From Daphnia carinata (taxonomy: Eukaryota), in the NCBI RefSeq assembly GCF_022539665.2, contig NC_081331.1, forward strand, positions 4,092,001 through 4,156,000: a stretch of 64,000 bases of DNA, written 5' to 3'. Positions 15,801 through 27,899 of this stretch are shown here, in pieces. The translations under genes were made by a program, and so were the position numbers. Positions within the stretch are counted from its first letter, which is position 1, and each line of letters begins with the position of its first letter. The notes under the pieces are model-generated. The model saw only the letters and a list, made by a program, of their open reading frames with translations. It was not told the origin of the DNA and ran no database searches.

Positions 15801-18800
15801 AAAACAACTCGAACGCGTACGTTGACGATTGTTTGCCAGCCTGCGGCCTATTGTTTTTTTTTTTCTCATACCAATATTTTTAAATAATTTAGGTTGAATA
15901 ATCGTCCACCTAATAATAGAAATGTCAATATCCCGTAATTCCGATCACATTTCGTTTCGCTGGCGAAATGCTCTGATCCGTTTGCTTAAAAAACATTTTT
16001 GACCCAACCGCCAACGATACTTTATTTCCCCCATTCTTCTCACAATAGAATTCATTTTTTTTTTTCAAACTTCTTCTTCTACTCCCGTTTTTTTTTTCTT
16101 TTAAAGAAACATTTGTGCACCTCGTCCAACGTGCACGTATACAGAATAAAAAATGCTTTCGGTGCGTCTTTTACATGTTTGATGTCTCCCATTTTCTCGG
16201 TGAAGTTCTCAAAAGACGAGATTCCAACAACAAACAACAACAGTAAAATTTTCTTTTTTATTATTCCATCATTTCTCTCTTTTTCTTTCCACAGTCTGCA
16301 TGTCGGTTGTCAACCGACAACAAAAAGAAAAACAACTAAGAAAAAAAAATTATTAATATTCGCCATCCGTCGCCGTCGTCCGCGCTCCAGATTCCACAGA
16401 ACGGCTCTTGTTTTTAGATATTCGGCTGTTAGACGAATTTGTGTCTACAATTCTGACGTCTTCATTTCTGGTTTGCCCCCTTTTTCTTTTTTGTCATCCA
16501 GCTCATTGCAATGTGATTTACTACACCAGCCTCGCAGGGTCATCCGTTCGATTGTTCTTTTACGGCCGACAATTCTAAGTAAAAGACGTTTTTCAGATTG
16601 GGATTTTTCCTATTTTGAATCGCGCGGCTCTTTTTTTTTTTTTTAACGAATCGTAACAAACACTGCCATAACGCGTCACACAAATCGATGATATGCTCTA
16701 GATTTATGCAAATACTGTTGCGTTCGGGCCATCCCTCTTGCCATGTCTGCTCTGTGTCAACGTAAATGTTAAAACGACACTGTCAGCACTACCAGACGCC
16801 CTCCTTTTGCGTCCTAGAAGGAGATTACGAAAGACTGACAACGGAGACGAATTGATTAAAAACGAAGGAAAGTTTCCCTTTTTTTTTTTTTTTTTTTTAA
16901 CTTTACAAAGAAACACACCATTTCGTGGTAAATTTAAATGAAGAGAATAAAACGAGGGCGAGAACTCGTACGGGACATTTGCACTATACGTAGAGGCCAT
17001 GTGTGTGTAACAAAGAGAACGATAAGTATAAATTTGTTCCGTCAAAGTTTTTCTTGAGATTGATTCGTCCTTTTAAATAAAAATGGGGGACTTGTTACTC
17101 AGAACGTCCATAGCTCAGGGAAGGCCGGAAAAAAAAACAAGATATCAGAATCGTCGTGGAGAGAAAACCGCCGGAATCGAAAGGTAGAGACGAATGCGAT
17201 AGTATCGTTCGGATCCTGTCAGTGATGAAGCGAACCTCTCCACACCAATAGGGACACCAACAAGAAACAATAACAATAAAAAAAAAAAGAAGGGAACTTA
17301 CGAATAGTGAATAGAACACAACTCACGATCTTTTTTTCATTTTCTTTCGTGTGTGTGTTTGTGTCCCTAACACACATTTATTGTTGTTGTTGCTTTTTTA
17401 GAACACCCATTCGCTTAGGTATTGACTTTACCAATTTTCACGACCGTAATTTTTGGTTTTTTTTTATTGATCTTGGAAAGAATTTCGTGCTGAAAATGGT
17501 CGTGAATAACAAGACGACATTCGAGTTTGTTTTTTGTTTTTTTTTGTTTTTTTCTATACCGGAGCTGAAACAAATTCCAAGATTGTCGTTTTGTCCAGTC
17601 GTTGTAATCTGTGTATAGAGCCTCTTCACGATTTTCATGCGCCGCTGTTAAGAAACATGCTTACCCGCCTGCAATTGTTACTGCCCTGAAATTTGACAAT
17701 TCTAAAATGAATTATCCTTAACCTCGATCATTTTCGTATGGCAAGAAAAAGTGTCGTAACACGAAACTCATGTGACTCGGAGCTTAAATCATTGACATGC
17801 TGTGCCTGGCGTTGGCCAAGAGACATCAACCCCACTTGGAAAAAAGAAAAAAAAACCTAAATGTAGCAAAGCTGAAAAACGAAAAATCAAACTACCAACT
17901 CGCACACACGAAGGGAATACAAAATGAGCGCATGTCAGCCGAAGTCTGTTTTTTTTTTCTCGACTTCCTTCTACAATGCCAAAAGAGAAACGGAGGTATA
18001 TAAATACTCACGGTAGGTTTCTTTAACAAACAGAAAACAACAACAAAATTTGAAATAAAAGAATCGAAATAGAGAAAACAAAACAACAACAAAAAGTGGA
18101 CAGGGACAACGAGATAGAACCGTCCTGTTGAACTCCAAGTGTCTCTGCAAGGAAAAAAAAAAAGGAAAAGAGACAAAACTATAGAGAAAAGAAAAGGTAG
18201 AAAAAAAGGAAAAAAAAAAACACTCACCTGACTCGGCTCTTTCCACTCTGCTGTTATCCAATAAACATCTTCTGTGCGCGCATCCCTGTTGTTCGCTCTT
18301 ATTCTTTCCCTTTTTTTTTCTGCTTCCATTTTAAAAGAAAACAAGGGAAAGAAGACGGATATATATATATATATATATATAAGAGAGATGCCCTCCGATG
18401 TTTCGTTCTCCTTTTTTCTTTTATTTTTCCTTTCTTCTTCTATCTGACTGCGCGTTTCTCCGTTGGTAGTCTTCAACATCTCTATCAGCTAGCCATCCAA
18501 CTGGGAGAGCAGCAGCCAAAGGCTCCCATGGACCCTTTGCCGCTATGTAACAGTAGCGCTTTGTCTCCGTCACATTGTAAAAGCACGTTCATTTTTTTTT
18601 TTTGCCCGCTCTTGCCCTTTTTCCATATAAATTCTTCCGTCTCTTTTAAAACAACTTGTATCATCACAAAATAGAATTGAAAATAATTTTTTTTTTTGTG
18701 GGGAGGGGAAAAAAACTGTCGCCACACGAATCAAATGCTGCAGAGACGCGACCGGTTTCCCTAATTCGTTTCACTCCGCGTTTCTTTTTTTTTTTTTTTT

Positions 18801-21800
18801 TCTCACATTTTGTGTACCAGCCTTGTTTATGTGTGTTCGAGAAAATCCATTAATTTATTTAAAGATTTTTTTCTTCATCTTCGAAAATAGAACTTGGTAG
18901 CGCTAATGCGGCGGAATGATTAATGCAACAGAATTACACAAGTTCTGCTGAAAAAAAAAACAAAAAACAAAAACATGACCAGCGACAGGTGTGAGCTTTG
19001 CGAGGTGGCAGCTGTTGGGCGGATAGGTGTTTGGTCGACGCACGCGAAATGATGATTTTCAGCGTCGCGATAAATTGCGGACAAATTTTGCGTTATCTGC
19101 GTATTACGCAAGTCTGCGTCGTCATAGAAAACCCTTTCTACAGTTCATTTGCATCTAGGATTTATTACACCATGGGAGCATTAGTATAAATAAAAGGGCA
19201 AGGTTACGCGTTTTAATTCTATTGTTCCCCTTCATTACCTTGTCCCGGTGACCGTCTTATCAGAAAGAGACAAAAACGTTTGAATTTTTGTTTTTTTATT
19301 TATTTATTTTTTTTTTGCCAGCGAACGGAACTGTATAAAAAAGTGTAGCGGTACGCTTGAAAAATGTGATGATTGTCAGAGCGCGCCCATATTTGTAATA
19401 ACCTAATATATTATTTCAACTAGCGATGGGTCGGACTGATTTTCTCACGCTCTTGCGACGGTAAGAAAGTGGAAGGCGCTCCTGGGCAAAGTCCGCGAAG
19501 AAAAAGAAAAAGGGACTATGGCCACCATTTTTTTTTTTTAAGTTTTCGTTGCTTGTTGCATTGTCTAAGAAGAAAAAAAAAAGGAGATTGTGACGTGAGA
19601 TTGTAAACTTGTGAGGTGTGCGGCCCTTTTTCGTTTTTTTTTTCCTTCCTTTTCCGAATCATTTATTTTGTGTCTTTCCTTATTTTCGTGTAATTCTTTT
19701 CTTGCTTTTTCTTCGCTTCGCATTTCGGAATTCCACCCTTTTTTTTCGCTCTTCTAGTTCGATAATTGCGAGTTTAAGGTTGTTTTTTTTTTTGTTACTC
19801 AAAAATACATTTGCACGAGGATTGCGCTAGGAAATGACACACACACACACAAAAAAAGGGGAGAAAAGCAGCAGAGAAAAAAGGTTTAAAAAGGAATGAA
19901 AGGAATTCATATCTCTCACTCGATTCACTCTATATACTTTCCAATTGTATTCGTCTTGTTGTCTTTTTGGACGATGCGAGCTCTTTCGAGTGCTCTTTTC
20001 CCGTCCGATACGGTTGAGATAAGTCTCGTTCGGATTTCAGGAAGAATCGATCAATGACTATGCGATGATGATGATGTTATTTGTTGATAATATCGTTGTG
20101 TGTGTAGAGCTTTAGTCCATGTTTTTTTTTTCCATTGTGAGGACAACGGAGAAGGTTTTTCCTTTTCTCCTTATTTCCCTTTTTTTTTTCTATCCACCCA
20201 AAAATTGTATAAGATGATACGCTCTCCAAGTCTTGGCTGTGTTATGTTGTTGCGTTGATGTGACGGTGGCTTTATCTGAACAAAAAGGACTCGGCTCCAG
20301 CCAATTTTTCCAAGAAAGATTTTCTTTTGACTATGACAATAGGAGAGGAACTAAAATTTAGAAAAAAAAAAAGGGAAGGAAATGTCGGTATCCAACACAA
20401 GACATTCACTCTCCTGTTTGGAATATCTCCGATAACAAACCAAAAAAAAAAAAAGTTAAAAATAAACAAAAAGGAAGAAAGCGCGCTTGTGTGTTCCAAT
20501 CGATCCCTCTCATATCTACATTCATAACGAGAAGGATGGATATATGAGATGATGTCAGAAGCTACTCCATGTCCAATTTTTTTTGTTCCTTTCTTTTTAC
20601 GACATCGTGCGTTATTTTTTTCTAGATATTTTTTTTATTTGTCCCTTTTTTTTTGTTGTTCGTTCTTTTTATTTACAATTCATATGCGCGTTTTTTTTTT
20701 GTGCGTCTGTCGGAGAAGCAAAAAGAGAAAGAAACGAGTAGAATTCATGGCAGCGTGAGTGACGGAGAGGAAATGTCGGGATTCCGACATTATTTAAGCC
20801 GACGTCTGTATTCATATCTACGAGAGCGAGCTTTAACACATACACACATACACACACCCACACAAAAAAAAAAGGAGTGCAGAGCAGAAAAAAGATTTTT
20901 TGAAAGTTGTGTAGCGGTTCGGACCTCTGGACGTTGTCAGCAATTTCACCTATTCTTGATGTTTGTCGTGTGCATTCAACATCCCGAATGTCAGAATGGG
21001 ATGGCGCCCGAGACGGTAAAAGGGACGATAGAGACGAGTTGGGGTCACACACATTCACCATTGGCATTGCTCTATGACGTCGGTGTGTCTCTATAAGTTA
21101 TCCACTTGTGACAACTTGTTTAAATTGAAAACGAAATAACCCACCCCAAAAACAAAAGAACAAAAAAAAAAACAAAAAAACAAAGACAATACAAAAGAGC
21201 AATTTGAAGTGAAGAGAAAAGTAAAAATAAAACCAGGATTTAAGAATGAAGATGTCGATCCAGTCCCGCGATTGGATGCTGAGGCAAGTTGAAGGATCAG
21301 CTCAATTATTACAGCGACAGCTAAGCAATAGATCACATCTAAAAGAGATTGTCTTTTACAACTCTACGTGTGCATGCTTCTTTATATATAACTGTGTATT
21401 TCGTACAAATGGCTGAGAATGACAATAAGGTGAGGATCGAATTTTTCAACGGCAATCGGGTGCGAAAGATCTGTGATCCTTTAAGACATTTCCCACCGAG
21501 TGAGAAAAAAGGTTTTTCGAGTTTCCTTTTTTTTTTTTTTTTCTTCTGTGATATGCCTCCGAGTTAATTGACACGACGTGCGGCTCGGGATCAGGAGAGT
21601 GGAGCCTTATGTAAATGAGCTCTCGGCAGACATACACTGACGACGTGTGTCTTTGAAATCAAGAGCTCGTTTTTCTTTCGTTTTTTTTCCCCCCATCTTT
21701 TCTTTATTCTCGCCCTTCTTAGATATACTTGATTCCCTCCCTTTACGCCGTTGACAAGATCATCCTTCCTTTTGGTTTCATTTTCTTTCAAAAATTTGTA

Positions 21801-22756
21801 TAGAACCCCGGGCTGTTGTGTGTGTGTGTGCTCTTCCATCATTTTGACTAATTTGGATTAATTGAAAAGAAATGGCCCCGTCTCAACACAATGAACTCGT
21901 TTGAGTGCCATCACAATAAGAAATGGATGTTCAATTTCGACAGGTAGAAAAATGGGTGGGGGAAAGTCAAAATAACATGAGCTGCACAGGGGGTAGTAAG
22001 AGAGAGCATCCAGCGGAAAGGAAACCAGACGCTTATTTCCCTTTATACGTAACAACAATAAATACTCTTTAACAAAGGCCCCACTATTTGTGTTATTCTG
22101 AGTTGGGAAAATATGCGTGAAAAATTGAGCGCCAGATACGAAACTTGTCGATAGCCAGCGTAGACTCGGTATGTCTCTCCTGTGATTTTTCTGGGGATTT
22201 TCGTTTCATGGAGGATCATTGACATTTTTCATAGCAACATCTTGCACGAGTAGTTTTGGGAAAAGCGGCGAACTAGAAATAGTTAATCATCGCAATTCCC
22301 GTGCATAGCATAACACGATGATGAAACGATCAAAACAGCATACACGGAAGACATTCCAATAATCCAGTTTTTTCTCGTCATGACCTTACCTAGCAAAGAA
22401 CGGAACGTTCTTGTCGGATATCTATAGCAAGGTCAGTATCGGTGGTTAACAGAAAAGGAAATTGCAACGAAAATTCTTCTCTTGTTTTGTTGGCGGAGGG
22501 AAGACATATTTAACGACAATGGAGAAAGGGGTTTAGCAGTTCGTTGAAAGAACAAAAAAATGCGTATATTTAAGTCGCAGGCTACCTAATGCTTGAGTAG
22601 TTAAACGCATGTGGGTAGATACATTGTAGATAAATAGAGAATTCCCCATTTGAAGGTATTTCGATAATGAAATTCTATGAGTGCAATAAATTACATTATT
22701 TTTTTGTTCTTTTATTGGCCCGAGTCACCTGGAATTGTCACAGGACGTGGGAGGAG

Positions 22757-24492
22757 CTGCCACCTAGCGTTAGAAACGTAAACTATACGGCTCACGTTGC
22801 TTACGAAATTCCCAATAGCCAACATGTCAGAAGTCGTGGGCAATGTCGTTAAGGGCACAAGGGTCGCATATGGCGATGAAGTGTGCTTTGGGGTTATGGA
22901 AAGCTAAAATGGTGAAAGAAAAAATCGGGTGATGTTGGCGTTCACGTGAAAGGATGACGTGCGTTAGAATTGGAAGCGATCTAAAAACTTTTCAACAAAC
23001 TTGCAGCCGATTTAATGAGTGTTCATAATATTCCTTGTTTTGGACAGTAGATTGTAATGTTGTTGTGTACTTATTAATGTTTTTCACTAGCAGTTGTGTA
23101 GTTTGTAGTACATTTTACTCGCTAGATGGCAGTAGTTTCGGTGCTGCTCATCTGAAGGCCGTGAACACTTACCCAACTGTGAACACGGTAATTCCTTTCG
23201 CTTTTTTCCAATATATTGGTTGTTTTTTCTTAAAAATATCAAACAATTAACTAATTATGCATGATTTGAATTCAACATTCAATGAGAATCATTAGTATTG
23301 GCTTTATTTTTACGTGAAATGTTAAGTTTTTGAAACTAAGGTAAAAGACGTGCGTTCATATAGGAAATGCTGTGGGAATTTTCCATCAAAACTCTGTAAA
23401 GTGATGTATTAAATACTTATTTAATATTATATATGTATGCATGTATGTACGTATGTATATGATATATTTAATTAACCTTAAATAAATCGCTTATTTCTGG
23501 AAAAATATTTGTTGTCTCGCCAAACCAGCCGCTTTTGTAATAAATGGAATTAACGCCCGTTTTTTCCGTTTATTAGTAAAGCAATCAACCCAACGTAAAA
23601 AAAAACATCATTTTGGTGATTCTCGTTCAATGTTGAATAGGAATCATGTATTTTTAATAAAATTTATATTTTTGCCAAAAATGAAAAAGTGAGAAGGCCT
23701 TCCCACTTTTGTCAAAATTGGCAAAAAATAAAGACTCTTAGAATCCGATAAAAATCAAAAAGAACAAGCAAAATTAAACGCTGATTTCGAAAAAGTGGTT
23801 TATTTTTCCACCAAATCAATCGTTTTTGAATTATACCGAATATTAAACGGAATGCTAGAGCGGCAGTGCGACCAGCGCCAGCGCGCCAGTACGCTCAGCA
23901 TAGCGCGATGCAGCCCAAATATTCTTTGTATTTCAAAAACGATTAGTCCAATTAAAAATAAACGACATATGCGTGATTATCGTTTAATTTCGAATCAAAG
24001 CCATGTATTTTTATAGCTATATCTATAAAAATAGTCTTGTGTAAAAATAAGCCCGAAAAAGTCGGGCTTATTTTATCGGGCTTAATTTTCGATATGGCAG
24101 AAACTCAGTTTGTAATTTTAAAATTAAATTTGATGTAAATTGACTAAAATGAAACGCTGATGTCAGGGTAAATATTTGTTTTTTCGTCAAACCGGCCGTT
24201 CTTATAATAATGGAATTAACGCGCTGCTGGCACGCCAGCATTTATCACTCGTTTTTTCCGTCTATTCAAAAAGCTACAAGGCCAACGTAAAAATAGACTT
24301 CATTTTTGTGATTTTCGTTCAATTTTGAATCGGAATCATGTATTTTTAATAAGATTTATATTTTTCCCAAAAATGAAAAAGTGAGAAGGTTATAGCCTTC
24401 CCACTTTTGTCAAAATGGGGAAAATTATGTGCCGAAAAAAAAAAAAAATTTGGCCTTTTTTTTCTTTTTTACAGCTATGGCCATCTAGCGGC
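22757..24492. promoter_or_regulatory. CTCF-like motif cluster (left)
   Basis: CTGCCACCTAGCGTT 22757-22771 (reverse), TCGCTAGATGGCAGTA 23119-23134 (forward) and TGGCCATCTAGCGGC 24478-24492 (reverse) match the CCRCTAGRTGGCR core. Confidence 0.5.
23232..24428. repeat. Cluster of a diverged ~230-260 bp hairpin-ended repeat (direct copies 23501-23728 and 24171-24428, inverted partial 23232-23359, fragment ~23960-24015)
   Basis: Shared blocks AATGGAATTAACGC, GTGATT(C/T)TCGTTCAAT..TGAAT.GGAATCATGTATTTTTAATAA and AAAAATGAAAAAGTGAGAAGG..CCTTCCCACTTTTGTCAAAAT. Confidence 0.85.
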
Positions 24493-24939
24493 CAAATCCC
24501 TATTTAATTTTCTGATTCATTCCTTCAGACATGGATTGGATATGGTTACTTGAACACTGGATTTCCAAATGCAGTACAGCTGACTTATGTTTCACATGGT
24601 CAGTTGGAGATTTCCCAGGCAAAATTTCTAGTAACTTAGCATTTGGTACCATCTTTACTATAATTTTAAACAGTATCCTGCATGTCTCATTAATTAAGAT
24701 TTTAATCCTTTTATAGATTTTCACATCAGTGAGCAAGGTTCAGTTTAGGGATTGAGAGCCCTCAGCGACTATAATACCTAGCCCATATTCAAATTGTAGC
24801 ACTTGATTGCTGCCACTGATTCTTCAAAATGCCTATCTTGTATGGAATGCTTGACAGCCAAATGGTACTCTGATGTCACATAAATATCAATTGTTTACTT
24901 TATTTACATTTATTTAAAATTTTTAAAGGAATGATTTAA

Positions 24940-26200
24940 ACAAATGCCAAAGGTGAGACATGCTGGAAAAGCCTGATATGAATGTGTAGACGTAATTTTG
25001 GAATTCAGAGGTGCAGCCGGTTGTTGGGTAAAACTTCATTTAAATTTTGTTTCAATTCAATATGTTTTAGTTACTACTTGTGTGATTATAAAAAGGATTG
25101 CGCCATCCAGGCAACGTGGATATTCTGCCATGTACATGATAAACCGAGGATTCTTCGTCAACATGCAAGATGTTACTCCCTGGTAATGCTTTTCTGCTGA
25201 GTTTGTTTAGTATTCTAATTTTAATTGTCAATGTTGTATTAGTAAACTACTGTTGGCAGAAAAGCTGATACTTTGGGAAAACGGTTATGGCAAGTGCGAT
25301 GACTAAATCCCCATAGGTCAGTTGTCTTGCTTTCACAATTGCAACGAAGATGAATCATGGAGTCAAAAACATTAAAAGGTGGTACTATTTTAAATTTTTT
25401 AATTGTTTTAATTGTTTTAATTGGTGTATCGCTAAGTGCTGATACATGTGTAGAACATGCTGGAATTCATGTCATCCTGGAGAGGACTAAAAAAACGAGC
25501 TTTATCCACGAAGCAGCTCATTAATCATGTCCCAAACGATTGTCTGCGTCAGCCAGCAATCTTTCCGTGGCTAACAAGCATTTAATAGTTTTGAAAATCG
25601 CGGTTTGCACTCCCTAAGGCGACATTCCTTAATCCTCACCTGTCAATAGATTTGAGTGCAACAATTTCTATTCTGAACTATCGCCTACGAAATTCTTTTT
25701 CCATAAAATCAGGTGATATGATGTTATAATGGAAATTGTTGTCAAGACTGCCGAGACCAGGTACATTGTTTACCTTAACGTTTAGTGATCAAAACGACCA
25801 ACTTTGTAACCTATCTGTTTTTTATGGTGCATGGAACGTCCAACCGGAAAGCCCATGCAAGATCTCTGCGTCCAACACGAAGGGTTCTTCCAAACTTTCG
25901 TATTCAAGTTTTGGCTATGGTGATCATTTGCAACTGCATAGCCTTTTAGAAGCTCCTGCCAGGAATCTACAGGAATATGGCAGATGATGAATTTATGTAC
26001 CATGTAAGCGATATCAATAAGAACGTCTTATGCTTATCTATGTTTTATTTTCTTAATTTTAGATTAATAGCAATAGTGAACCTGCGAAGGTTTCTGGTTG
26101 GGATGCGATGACGAAAAGTTATAATAATTTGAAGTACGGAATTGACTTTCCCTCCATCAGTCGCCTGTGTATTCCCCGTATTACGGTATTAATTATTTAA
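24940..26200 (+). pseudogene. Decayed intron-containing gene (left copy), probably transposon-associated
   Basis: GT-AG short introns (e.g. 26004-26062). Last exon 26063-26200 is open: INSNSEPAKVSGWDAMTKSYNNLKYGIDFPSISRLCIPRITVLII*. Upstream exons carry stops and frameshifts. Homologous by eye to 27873-29375 on the minus strand. The 5' limit is approximate. Confidence 0.55.
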
Positions 26201-26770
26201 AAATTGAAGTGCATATCTGGGCTCCCTTCCTTTCCGTAGCCCCGTTTCCCCTTGACTCGTAATAAGCCCGTAGGGGGTCATGCCCCTACTGTACGGTATA
26301 TATAAAAACAACATATACCGAGGTTTGGAGGGCTCTGGCCGGAAAGGGGACGTGGGGGTCCGCGTAGTCCGATGATGTGTTCACGGAGGGCGACGTGGCT
26401 GCCCACAAATCCGAACTAAAGGTTAATCGCTCCTGTAAAAATGTTCCAAATCTTCAGCTCTTCTTCCGGCTTCTCTTAGCCAATCACCGGGTAATCTCCC
26501 CGGTGGGTCAACAAGGCAGTGTCTCCCCTGCCTGGGTTGACGGCAACTTTTGAAAGGGCTATTGTGCCTTTTTAAAGTTGCAAAAATAATTGTAATGTGC
26601 AGAGAATTGTCAATAAAATTTTTTTTATAAAATATTTTTTGCAAAATTTGTTTCTTTCATTATCTATGTTAGCTGTGTTCACACATTACATTTATCACCT
26701 TTTTTTTTTTTTTCTTTATTTGTTTTTGTCACCTTTGCTAGTATTGTTTCCATTGGTTTATCGTTTATCT
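26171..26770 (+). repeat. Left arm of long near-perfect inverted repeat
   Basis: Reverse complement of ~27296-27899. Only a handful of differences over the ~480 bp starting TATTTAAAAATTGAAGTGCATATCTGG; more diverged towards the centre. Confidence 0.95.
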
Positions 26771-26782
26771 GTAAGCATTCTA

Positions 26783-26853
26783 TTATTATCCAGGGATCGA
26801 ACACTGGATGTTCGGCATACCGCGCCGATGCTCTACTAGTGAGCCATGAACCA
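26783..26853 (-). pseudogene. tRNA-like unit (Thr-GGT-like), degenerate or tRNA-derived
   Basis: TGGCTCACTAGTAGAGC D arm/A box, anticodon stem TCGGC-gcggtat-GCCGA, GTTCGATCC B box; acceptor stem does not pair. Confidence 0.7.
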
Positions 26854-26969
26854 TATGATGACAAGTTGGCTTTTTTCTAGTCACTTGTGGACTTGCATTT
26901 ACACTTAGAATAAAACTGAAATGCAATTCTGCAATATACTCTTCTACATTTATTCTACTTTATTTCTAC

Positions 26970-27040
26970 ACAGCTACTGAGGTTTGAACCCAGGGTAACA
27001 GGTATCACAACTAAAGGCTCTACCACAGAGCTATGAACCT
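26970..27040 (-). pseudogene. tRNA-like unit, degenerate
   Basis: TAGCTCTGTGGTAGAGC A box, T arm CTGGG-TTCAAAC-CTCAG (B box); anticodon stem decayed. Confidence 0.65.
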
Positions 27041-27128
27041 TATAAATACAATAGAAAGATAAACATATAGTTGTGAAAGACTGCATATACATCCTAGAAT
27101 ATATCATATGATATGCGATAAAGAGATG

Positions 27129-27198
27129 TATCTCGTGGCTCAATGTTAGAGCATCGGCGTTGCACGCTGGATGTCTGGGTTCGGTTCCCATACGAGTA
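27129..27198 (+). pseudogene. tRNA-like unit (TGC in anticodon position), degenerate
   Basis: TGGCTCAATGTTAGAGC A box, TCGGCGTTGCACGCTGG anticodon arm, TGGGTTCGGTTCCCA T arm/B box. Confidence 0.65.
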
Positions 27199-27295
27199 AA
27201 ACAAAATACAAAAATACTTCAAAAAATATCCAGACATTACACGTTGTTCCTTGAATCTAAGTTGAAGAATTCAAAGAGTGTTATAAATAATAATT

Positions 27296-27899
27296 GAATA
27301 AGCAAATAAACCAATGGAAAAAATGCTTACCATCAAAGGTGACAAAAACAAATGAAGCAAAAAAAAAAAAAGCTGATAAATGTAATGTGTGAACACAGCT
27401 AACATAGACGATGAAAGAAACAAATTTTGCAAAAAATATTTTATAAAAAAAATTTTATTGACAATTCTCTGCACATTACAATTATTTCTGCAACTTTAAA
27501 AAGGCACAATAGCCCTTTCAAAAGTTGCCGTCAACCCAGGCAGGGGGAGACACTGCCTTGTTGACCCACCGGGGAGATTACCCGGTGATTGGCTAAGAGA
27601 AGCCGGAAGAAGAGCTGAAGATTTGGAACATTTTTACAGGAGCGATTAACCTTTAGTTCGGATTTGTGGGCAGCCACGTCGCCCTCCGTGAACACATCAT
27701 CGGACTACGCGGACCCCCACGTCCCCTTTCCGGCCAGAGCCCTCCAAACCTCGGTATATGTTGTTTTTATATATACCGTACAGTAGGGGCATGACCCCCT
27801 ACGGGCTTATTACGAGTCAAGGGGAAACGGGGCTACGGAAAGGAAGGGAGCCCAGATATGCACTTCAATTTTTTAAATATAAAATACCGTCTCGGGAAT
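27296..27899 (-). repeat. Right arm of long near-perfect inverted repeat
   Basis: Mirror of 26171-26770. The ORF track shows the same MQRIVNKIFFIKYFLQNLFLS peptide on opposite strands (26597+ and 27474-). Confidence 0.95.

Noticed and set aside
21246..21416. 56-aa protein-like small ORF (MKMSIQSRDWMLRQVEGSAQLL...)
   Set aside because: No homology recognised and no supporting gene structure; expected by chance in 64 kb
26255..26420. Self-cleaving ribozyme (twister/hammerhead/HDV) in the IR arm
   Set aside because: Hairpins are present, but I could not find the CUGANGA/GAAA core or the required pseudoknots by eye; needs Infernal
26783..27198. Functional tRNA genes
   Set aside because: Acceptor stems do not pair and anticodon loops lack the canonical U33 context or stem; treated as tRNA-derived pseudo-units
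27390..27400. TGAACACAGCT matching the 5' end of miR-317
   Set aside because: The rest of the mature sequence does not match, and it lies inside a repeat arm
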